From: Pelomyxa schiedti
Taxonomy: Eukaryota > Protista > Evosea
DNA length: 64,000 bases
Assembly: GCA_020536535.1 (NCBI GenBank)
Contig: JAHLWZ010000823.1
Span: 1-64,000, forward strand
Direction: 5' to 3'
The first letter of the stretch is position 1. The number at the start of each line of letters is the position of its first letter. This document shows, in pieces, positions 11,429 to 21,909 of this stretch. The notes under the pieces were generated by a model, which was given only the letters and a program-made list of their open reading frames with translations, had not been told where the DNA came from and ran no database searches. The position numbers were made by a program, and so were the translations under genes.

Positions 11429-14400
11429 TCAGGAGCTGGACTGCAAAGCACCCTCCAGAGCCCTGAGGGTCTCGGTGGCACCATTCTTGTCCAGAATCGA
11501 TCTGATCCTGGCCTCATTGGAAGCAAGGTGGGCACGCATCCAGACGAGAGAATTGGCAACTACTTCGGGTGGGACTGTTGTGGATTCGGCCGGCGCCGAT
11601 GTGTCCGGGATGTTGGCTATTTCATCCATCCAGTCGTTCATATCCGGAAGGCTTCGGGCTATGAATTCGTTCATGTTTTTCATGAAGGGCTCCTTGCCGC
11701 CAAATAGCACTGTTTTGAGTTATTGGGGATTATTGTATTTTGGTTGTTGGGTGTGGGAGTGAGAGGACGAGTAGAGGAAAGAAAGGAAATGGTTACCTCC
11801 GTTCGCAAGGTTTTGAAGAACTTTGCATAGAAGTACAAGTTGCCTCTGTAGTCTTGGAGTTGGTGGTGCCTTGAGCAAGGCATAGACATGCGGTGATGTA
11901 ATAGAAGGACAAATCTGTGGCGAGGTTTAAGTGCCTTCGGTTTTTCATTCATTATTGGTTGGAAGTTACTCACAAAGCGCAAGAATACAACTCCTCCAAT
12001 AGCGATATGCGCAACATTCTCAACATCTGGGAACCTCTTTGTCACATTTTCTCGGATGCACTTTACAAGGTACCGCACTGTCTGCGGCATATCCTTATTG
12101 GATGCCATGATAGCAACCAAAAGGGTGCGTGATCTCTGAGCCAAGAGATAGGATTGGGCATCTTCATCCATCCCACCTTTCATCAGATTTGGATCGATTT
12201 CAAAATCAGTTCCAAGCATGGAGGCAGTATGTGTGCTGGAAACACTTCCATCTGTATCCTCCATCTCAACATCACCACTTTTTTGCGACTTCTTTTCGTG
12301 ATGTTTTTGGGCCCGGTCAGCTTGGTCAGCAAGGAATGCAATTTCACCAATGAATTTTCCAAGAGTTTTCCACAGATAAGGCACACCAACCATTTTACTG
12401 TAAGACCTGAACATTTTACTGGCAAAGCTATTTGCACGGAAAAGAAGATTCTCACCTTGCACTTTTTTTACCTCTTCTTCAATAACGCTTGATATAAGTG
12501 ACAGAGCACCTTGTGGAGAGGCTGCATGCAAATAAACAAGCGAGCTGGAAACTTTATCCGACTCTGTTGCTTGTGTCACTTCAAAAACAGCTTGTATCAT
12601 AGCAGGATCAAGCAGAATTCTGTGCAGCGGCTCCCAATTTGGAGCTTCATAACCCTTAGGGAGCGCAGTATTGTTTCCGTCATAAGAGAATCTGTTGAAG
12701 TCCGCGTGATCTTCGGGATCAAATACAAAGAGTGCAATGGAACGTTTACGAGAAATGACAATCAAACAAATAGAAATTCCTAACATAGCTGCCAGCAGAA
12801 CAACACCACCAGCTACTGAAGCACCTATAATCAAGGGTAGGTTTTTATCATCAGATGATAGCGATGGTTTGTATTCCAAGAATGAAAATTGCCTTGCATC
12901 ATTTGTGTAAGGTTTAGTGTCACGGAAGACATAAACATCATAAACCCCGAAAAGGGTGTTGTTGATAAATGGGCTCACAAAGGAAATAGCTTCTGTACTT
13001 GCCCATTCGGCATTAACAGTTACCCAATAGTCTTCAGTATGGTTATGAATCTTTTCTTGGCTATGCAACTTCACCTTATAATCAGTAGCATTGATGGCGT
13101 AATTCAAAGATACAGTCACAACGTCTCCACCAAGAGTGAGACCACTTTGGGGGGAAATTTGTGTCAAGTAGGGGCAAATCCGTGTTCCAACTGGTTCTAA
13201 TGGCGGGAGAGCAGTGTAAGTGCATGACATCATGTCTAAATCCCATTTGCATATGTCGATTCCTCTGGTGAAGCAGGAAGCACAGCTATTTACAGTTTCT
13301 GCGCCGCAATCAAGCAAGCTTACCTGATAGCCGTCATTTGAGGTGTCGCCATTGTCGTAGGTCACCCAGACACCACCGACTTGCTCTTGGAGAAGCAGGT
13401 TCGCACCTCGATAGAAAAAGGAGTGGGTTGTGCTGTCAATGTGCTCCAATTGAGGGAATGAACATGTCACAAAGGTAGAGTTATTAATTGCAGTTGCAGT
13501 CGGTGCTTCCAAGCCATCTTCGGTACTTTTGATTAAGGAACAGAGATACTGCTGCTCGGGTACCAATTCGGATAAGTATATGTACACATCCTGTGGTGCT
13601 GTGATAAGTTTTTTGTCTTCATGGTACATGTTTTCAACGCGATTAATCTTTGGGAAATCCATGGCTCTCCAGTCTGGGGCACAGTCCACCTCAGACGCAC
13701 ACTTACGGTTCTGCATACACCAAAAGCATTGTTCTTGAGGTTTCTGCTTACAGCTTGACCAGGACAGTATATCCGTTCCGTTTGGATATCGGCAACTGAA
13801 TACTGCCCAAGACTTTGCTGTTTCTGTATACTGCCTGACTTCAGTTCCGGTAATCACGGAAATTGAAATATAAACAGTGGAGACATTCGATATGGAAGAT
13901 AGACCTGTCGGTATGTAACACGCAAGTACCGTGTCACTTAGCACTGCAGCGGTTGAATTCAGAGAATTTCCAGATGAAAGCCCCCAGTTGCAAGAATATG
14001 TTGATGACGTGACAAAGTGCCACCCAGTACTGATCTCAGCACTTACGTAATCCAATAAGTTTTCAGCCGTGTAGTCCAATCCACTGACTGGGGAAAGTGA
14101 CACAATGGTAGGGCATGATGGTGATGTAGCATCAACTCTGGTTATACATTGCGGTATGGGATTACTCACCCACTGACAAGATCCAGTGCATGTCGTGCAC
14201 GAATGGAAGACACTGCACCCAGTGAAATTGAACGCGATAATGTCAGAGAACACTGAGTCTTCCACAATCGAATCGTTATACTTGAGTACCAGGGCGGCAC
14301 TCCTCCAGTCATCAGTGAGATTGAAGAACGGTGTGAAGCAATAGAAAGCGTTCAAAGATGTGTCCAACGATGCCATTGTGATTCCCAATAACCCCCAGTC

Positions 14401-16650
14401 ACAGAAGAAACTAACTGCGGCGGGAGGAGCCCAGCCTGCAGATATTTTAATTTTAGTTGGAACGGTCGCTGGTGCCGAAAGAGGGTAGACCGAAAGGATT
14501 GCCGGACATTGGAATTCTGTAGCTTCCCCAGCTATAGGACAAGAAACGTTGCAGTAGCTTGACAATGAGCACCAATTGCATGAGGGAATCCCATGACACT
14601 CTGAACAGGTACTAAAAAAGGAGCAGTTATCGAAAGCGAAGGTCAAGACCAATTTATCGTATAGAACCGCTCCATCGAATGTAGTGTACAGGGAGGCTTT
14701 TGTTTTTTCATATGCAGTGCCGCTAGGAAGACTTGGTGAAAGACAAGAAATTGTGGTTCCTCGAGCCACAGCGGATGTGTAAAACGAAGAGTTGGCAAAT
14801 TTCCACCAGCACTTTACAGTTACATTGGGTGATGCTGTAATATCCCCGGAAGTTGTGATATCTACATTCATAGGGAGATTCACTATTCCTGATGTTGGAG
14901 TGACCCGGTTGGGAATTGGACAGTTTGTTGGGTTTGTGATGACTGTAACCCCGTTTGCGGATGTCCAGTTAGCATACTGCGGATAGTATTTGTAGAAGCA
15001 GATGTTGTTGTATGGTGACCACCCACACAGAATGGAATCACCTTCAGTGCAGGAACTGCAAGAACGGTATTGCTCACAGCTTGCAAACTGGTACTTGATT
15101 ACAACAGGAAAGATGCCGGTTGCAAAATGGATGTTTCCAAGAAGTGAATAATATGTCGAATCAAAAAAGTACCCAGTGTTATGTGCAAGGCTATGCAGCT
15201 CATAGGCGGTATCAGTTATGCGTGGAGGTTTTGTCACGTAGTTAGCTGGATATCCATCTTTATCCGTTGTCGGAGAGGTGCCAATTGTCAAAGTTTCTTT
15301 TGCTTCATTATTTCCGTACACGAACTTCATAATGCAGTCCCCTCGGATATAGAAATAAACAAGCTTGTTGGTACCATCAGCAAAAATGACTACAGGGATC
15401 TTACTTAAGCCCTGATAGGTTACTTTATCTTCCGTGCTCCTAGTCCATATGACTTCCCCACTGAAATCTATTTCCATCATTTTCCCTGCGTCGGTACCAA
15501 CAAAAACGCGTTCATTAGGCACATCCAACTCAACGCAACTGATTTTGGCGGTGGCCTCACTGTGCAGAGGTTTAAAACAGTTTTCATATTGCCCTGTTGT
15601 TGAGGCGGCCCTAATGCAGGAGAAGTTGAAAAGCCGTACATCTCCATTGGCATCACCAGTGACCCCCATGCCATCCCTTGATTTCACCATCCTCGGTATT
15701 TGCAAGTTGAGCAGTTGCTCCTCTCCTGAATAACAAGTTGTAATAGTTTTCAACTTTGAAGAGTTCACAGTCCGAGGAGGGAAAGGTAAATTCTCGTGAT
15801 TGACGTAGGAATTGTTTGCAATATAGTGAGTGAAATTGGGGTACGCCAAATTCTTCTCAGCAAAGCCGTCGGTCCATACTGTAATGGGTGGTGTAACATC
15901 AGAACTTGCAATAAACAGTCTTGCCACCTCCCCAGTTGTTTGGCTGCTATTCTTGGTTTGGAAATACCATCCCAGCCCATAATCTGGCATTCCCTTCGCG
16001 CTGTACCCCCCATCACCTCCAGGCATGCTCTCCTTCCAGTCAGCCGTATCAAACACATATTCTCTCTGTGTCCCCAGAGCGCGAAATACAGTCTTGTCAC
16101 TTTCATTCCGCACCTCGAACGCCAGCAGATGCGCAAAAGCGGCGTTGGTGTGGTACATCCCCTGGTCATAAAGCCTGTACCTTACAATGGGGATCGGGGT
16201 AGAGGAATCCGGTTCGGATTCGAGTGACAGGAGAGACACAAAAGCACTATCAAAACCCTCAGGGTAGCCGTCGGTGTCCTGGTAATAGTAGGGCCACCCT
16301 TCATTGGAAATAAAGTGAACCCAGAGAGCCGATTTCGATAGCGGGTTCAGAGTGGTACTGAGAGTTTCCGAATCCAACAAAACTCCTGAGAGGTGGTTTC
16401 CGCACCAATAGCCGGCCCACATGGAAGTAGTTGTGAAGTTGTTGTTTGTTAGCGCAACGAAGTTTAGAACATGCGTATTCGACGTTACAACCGATGCTAT
16501 CATCCATATTGCTCTAGGATTTTTTTTTTTTTTTTTCTTAGCGATGGGTATAAGGCACAACCAGTTATGCGGTTTTTGTAATAGAGAATCTATTTCTTTA
16601 TTTCATTTGGGAAACGCACAAGGACGACAGTACCGCCAGCACCGAAACCA
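11429..16650 (-). CDS. Plexin-like single-pass receptor: beta-propeller-like region, 5 PSI-IPT/TIG pairs, TM helix, cytoplasmic RasGAP domain
   Basis: PSI motifs such as CEQYRSCSSC..CGW..C..CP and CSFFSTCSEC..CNWC; IPT PYLTQISPQSGLTLGGDVVTVS; TM LIIGASVAGGVVLLAAMLGISICLIVI-SRKR; RasGAP LFRANSFASK, IGGVVFLRF, KVLQNLAN, FGGKEPFMKNMNEFI; 5' end approximate (MVSVLAVLSS at ~16650). Confidence 0.88.
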
Positions 16651-16667
16651 TTTTTTGTTGTTTTTTT

Positions 16668-17822
16668 TTGTGTTGCTTTTCATGGAAGCTGCAGTTTTAT
16701 CGAGATTCTGAAAAAACGAGCGACAACGAGAAAAAAATTGCAGCAGTGTCGGCAGCCGCTACTTTCAGTCTCCCCCACAGGCGCGCGCTTAGCAATTGTG
16801 GGAGGTGGTGGGTGACCTCGGCCAAGCAAGACCACGGCGTGTCGAGTCTGTTCGACGACGACCCCGGCACGTTCTGGCAGTCGGACGGCAGCGCACCGCA
16901 CTCCGTGTTCGTGGAATTCGCAGCCCCCGTGCGTGTGTCGGACGTCGCGATACTCGTCGACACCAACGACGACAACTACGCGCCGTCGAGCGTGCGCGTG
17001 CACGCCGGGCCCCTCGCGTCGGCGGTAGGGTCCCGCGTCGCGGCCGAGCGAACGGGCGTGGCCGAGGCCGTGCGCGACTCTGGGGCCGCGGGGCGGGGCT
17101 GGGTCGTGATCTCCCTGGCGACGCCGCGGGCGCAGTTGCAATTGCACGCGCACGCGCTGTTGCAGTTGCAGTTGCATATGCAGATGCAAATGCAACTGCG
17201 GGAGGCCCAGGAGGAGCGGAGCGCCGTGGGTTTTGTGTTCCAGATTGAGCTGGTGGCGATGATCAATGATGGGAAGGACGCGAGGCTGCGAGGACTGAAG
17301 CTTTTTACGCCAGATTCGGAACCTGAACCAGAAATGGGACTGGAGATGGGGCTACAACGCGAGGAAGAGGAGGAGGAATTGGAAGATGCTGCGACGGCGT
17401 TGGCCCATAATTCTATTGGGAACCGCGTGACACGAGCACAAATGACGCCCCTTTCCCCATTCAGCTCGCATTTAACTCCTATGTCTCCACTTCGTCCTTC
17501 TGGACTTATGGGAATTCCACCGTCTGTCCTCAGCCCCAGCCCATGTGGCTTTATTCAGCCCAGCACACCAACAACAAATGGAACGCCGTTTCTATTTCCA
17601 AACGGCACCACCACAGGCCCTTATACCTCTCTTCCACACAATGCACAACCACAACAGCCTATGTATTACCCTGCATCTGCAACTCCAACTGTAGTGCCAC
17701 CAACATCCAACATTCAAGCTTCTGGAATAGGGAGAGATTTAGTTTCCTCTCTTCTAGGCACCTCCATCAAGGGCACCTGGACTGACCCAGGTTTTGTTGT
17801 AAGGAATCAGTCCCTGAGGTAG
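16668..17822 (+). CDS. APC10: Anaphase-promoting complex subunit 10 (DOC domain) with low-complexity insertions
   Basis: WWVTSAKQDHGVSSLFDDDPGTFWQSDGSAPH..F..DDNYAP..NDGKDARLRGLKLF, plus C-terminal IR-type tail (..FVVRNQSLR*); exact start unclear. Confidence 0.82.
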   Translation: MCCFSWKLQFYRDSEKTSDNEKKIAAVSAAATFSLPHRRALSNCGRWWVTSAKQDHGVSSLFDDDPGTFWQSDGSAPHSVFVEFAAPVRVSDVAILVDTNDDNYAPSSVRVHAGPLASAVGSRVAAERTGVAEAVRDSGAAGRGWVVISLATPRAQLQLHAHALLQLQLHMQMQMQLREAQEERSAVGFVFQIELVAMINDGKDARLRGLKLFTPDSEPEPEMGLEMGLQREEEEEELEDAATALAHNSIGNRVTRAQMTPLSPFSSHLTPMSPLRPSGLMGIPPSVLSPSPCGFIQPSTPTTNGTPFLFPNGTTTGPYTSLPHNAQPQQPMYYPASATPTVVPPTSNIQASGIGRDLVSSLLGTSIKGTWTDPGFVVRNQSLR

Positions 17823-17996
17823 AGGGTGAAATTGTGCATCTTTGTTCCCTACACTTTGATTAGGGATTCCCTAATCAGGAATCTTCTTTATTCTCGCTGA
17901 ATTTCAAGAATGAAACACCGCTTCTGTCAAGAAGAATTTAATTTTTGTGCGATCGCAAACAGCCGCGCGTTTTGTGTGACAGTAGTCCCGGTCGAT

Positions 17997-20900
17997 ATGT
18001 GGCCCAACCAACCCAGCGACGCCAAAGTTGTTTCCGTCGATCATCCTACCCATAATTTTGACACGCATCACCTAAAGACAGTCGGAAAACCCAGTACCCT
18101 GAGAGGAAAAAGTGAAATAACTCCACTTAGGAAAGACGGGGTTCGTTATGTCCCTTTTTTTTATTTTTAAACTTTAATTAAGGCCACTGTTTTTGAAAAA
18201 CTTGGTATGACACTAATTTCAGAGAGCACAATCCCTTTTGTGTGCAAACTTCTCTTCTTTTCACTTAGCCACTCATATCTTTTTTTTTCCTCCCAATCAA
18301 GGAATCAGCTTCACCAAGAGGTGTTGGGTCACCAAGGGGATTTCCATCATCCCCAAGAGGTGAGGGTTTTTTATTTCTCCTTTAATGTACCTTGACAATG
18401 CTTTTTTACTCCAACAAATAACTCTAAATCCAGATAAAAGAAGAACCCTTGAAGTTGAGCCACAACCAAACCCTCCAGTATTCAACACCTTAAATTCCAT
18501 CAAGCATCAATATTAACAAGTCCAAATAGGTGCTTCCTTCAAGACGCAATAGAAGTGTATCTGTTTCTAGTAGGGATAATGTGTGGGTCCCAAGTGGGTT
18601 GCTGAACCTCTCTTCACTACCAGTAACCACTACAGTGCCACCCACTCCTACAGTTACTCCTGCAATCCCTACTCTAGCAGCTCTTCCAGTAGCAACCGTT
18701 TCAGCAGCAGCGAACTCTACTCAACCCACTGTGCCGCCTGCACCACCAGAAACACAGTGCAGCAACTCGAATTCTCATCTCCTACCTTCTACCGTAACGA
18801 GAGGTAGGTCTTCTAGTTTATCTACAAAGCTTGATGAAAAACGGTTTGCCAGAGATGCTTTCATTTCTCGTGCTCACTTCTGGTACAGCAACCTGGATAA
18901 ACAAGTATTAACTCCCGAAATTCCCCGAAGGCCCACAAATAAAGTGTGTTGTGTGGAAAGGAAATAAAGAGTAAATCTATGCAGAGTTGCACCGGTACTG
19001 ATCGAACGCCACATGTTGGTGCTCCCAAAGTAATCAAAGCCAAACAAGCACCTACCAGGTACCTGGTCTCCCTTTTTCGTAGATCTCACTCCTTTCAGGA
19101 CTTATGTCCATGGCACCATGCCTAGTGGGACTGAGCTATGTATTAACATAACAACAACATGGGGGGATCCTTATTATGTTGGCTTGTCCGGCATTGATAT
19201 CTTCGACAGTAGTGGTGAATACGTCAACGCCATTGACACAAACCCTATTGTAAGTTTAAAAAACCGTCTTAAGTGAAAAACCACCTCTTACAACAGTGCA
19301 CAAGTCGCATTACACATCCCCACAAGTAAACAAACAAAAAAGATCAAAGGGAACCCTCCTGACATTAATATTCTGGAAGAAAATGGTGATGATCCACGGA
19401 CATTGGATAAGATATGGGATGGTGTTTCACGTACTTGTGACGATCAGCACGTCTGGCTTGCTCCATTCACTTCTGGTCAGGACCACTGGATTTCCATAAC
19501 GTTGCACCAGACAACAACAATATCACTGATTCGACTCTGGGTACACTTCTCCTTTGGATAGTTTTGCCCTTAATTTAATACAGAACTATAACAAATCTCG
19601 GATTCATTCATATCGTGGAGTTCGAAATGTTGAGATATTTTTCGATGGCCTGCCGATATTTGTTGGTCTGCGAAACTTTCTATTGCAGCACCTTCTCATC
19701 AAACGTTAGGAGAAATATCAAAAGCCCCAGGAAGTTTACAAAATGCTGATGCTTGTGCTGAAGTTAGTTATTTACGTACTTACAATTTGTCAAATATTCA
19801 TCATATGCTTAGTACATACTATTTACCACTGACGAGGCAATTCTTGCTGCCATTGAAAACAATGATCCTGTATTTCATTGTCATGTATCTCATATGCTTA
19901 TGGGTTAATACTGCGCAGTTGGCACCTTTGTGTGAAGTAGACTTAACTTCGGAACTTTCAAGACCAGGAACCGCTGGAGATAATTCGAGTACTGTGCCAG
20001 AGGAAGTTCCGTTCACAGTTGCGCACCACATCATTTTACTTTTCTTTCTTATGAAGTTAGGTTCCAGAAGCTTCGTCGGTTCCTGAGTCAAGACCTTCGA
20101 CAATGGCCTGTCGAAATGGAGACACTGCTGTCGAATGTGTTGCAGTGAAAAAGATTCAATTTAATTTTAAAGAAACATGGGGAGATCAATTTTATTTAGG
20201 CCTCACTGGGATAAGGGTAGGTTTCTTCCATTGTGTATTATTCTGAACAATATAGGTTTACGATCAAGATCTGCAACCAATTGCACTCTCTGAAGCCAAT
20301 CTTTGGGCCAAACCTAGAGATATCAATGAATTAAATGATAGTCCAACTGATGATCGCACATTGGACAAGTACCTTCTTAGAAACCTACCTTATTCTTATT
20401 GCTTCATTGTTCCTTAGGCTTGTTGATTCATATAATGTCACTACAAATGACCACCATATGTGGCTCATTCCATTTTCTCCAGGGGGTGACCACCTCTTGG
20501 TAATTACTCTGGATCAAATCACTCCCGTCTCGTTCTTCTCTGTATGGAACTACAACAAATCCCAGGAAGACACGTACCGAGGGGTAGTTCAACTCTTTTT
20601 ACAATTGAATAACCGCTTCAAGGCGAAAAGGGTTGTCATATCACTGGATGATAGGGTGGTGACTCCTCCAGAAGGAGTGATTTTCCGAAAAGGTTCAATT
20701 ACCTCTTCTTACGGCAAGTCTCAACTCAATACCCAGCCACCGGGAATTTTGCCTTTGACTTTGGACAATGTTTTCAGTTGTCAAATCTAGCAAGTTATGT
20801 ACCAAGCCCCCGAGATGTATCAGTGATCTCGACTCCATCTCCCTGTGGATGTATGGTTTTTTTTAAAAAAAACATAAAAACATTCGAGATTTACTCTCCA

Positions 20901-21683
20901 AGTCATTTGGAAGTTTGTATTTTTATCTACTTGGGGTGATCCATTCTACCTTGGTTTAAATGGACTTGAAATGTACAGCCGAAATGACTACAAACTGGAT
21001 ATATCTCTCAGAAGTAAAGAAACCTTCACATCCCACATACTAAATCCGCCTAGATGCTGAGGCTGTGCCAAGAAGTGTAAGCATTCTGGAAGACCTGAAA
21101 TCTGACCCTCGTACACTCGATAAACTGTTTGATGGACAAAACAATACCTATAATGCCGAACACATGTGGCTGGCACCCTATGCCCCAGGCCAGGTACCAT
21201 TACCTTATATCTCCACAGTGCATTTACTATGTTGCAGCCTGTTGTACTTTTTGTTTATTTTGAAGTCCCAGTCTCCGTTTCATATATAAAAATATGGAAC
21301 TATGCAAAAACTCCATCTCGTGGTGTTGAGCAACTGGAAGTGTGTAACAAAAAAAAACCAACTTTCTGTATTACTAACTCTTGCCGTTCGTTTTCCTGCA
21401 GCTCTTTGTGGATGATATTCTCCTCACAAAGTGCTTTCTCACACCAGCACCAACACCCCCAACACCCACCAACCCACCAACACCACTTCCAGACTTTGCT
21501 CAGATAATATACCTGCACCAATACCAACCATTCACTGACAACAACATGCAAGCAGTCACATTCATCAACAACAGACAAATTGTACAACAAGCAGCAACTG
21601 TTGCTGCCACTAGCACACCCACATCATCAACTGCACCTCAACACCAGTCATTCAGCAAAAGACCCCCTACATCAGCAGTATGA
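17997..21683 (+). CDS. KATNIP: Katanin-interacting protein KATNIP/KIAA0556 homolog (3 DUF4457 repeats), many introns
   Basis: Three repeats of TWGD.(Y/F)Y(V/L)GL.G, D.RTLDK, H(V/M)WL.P(F/Y), WNY(N/A)K(S/T)..RG. Confidence 0.88.
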
Positions 21684-21909
21684 GGATTTGTCACCCTTTT
21701 TTTCCTTAACACAATTTTGTTGTCTTTTTTGTCAAAAACCACAAAGAACTAGCAAGGAACACATTTTTATGTTTGCCTCCATCGCGTTTCGCTTTTCTCT
21801 CTTTTCTTTCACTTACGGGAAATCAATGTGTATTTTTTTTTCCGCCTGGCGTTCCTGTTTTTTTTCAAGAAAGCCAGATCTTTCCATTTATTATTATCAC
21901 TGGACTACC

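Noticed and set aside
16668-21683. APC10-KATNIP fusion
   Set aside because: APC10 ends in its own LR tail at 17822 and KATNIP has a separate plausible ATG at 17997
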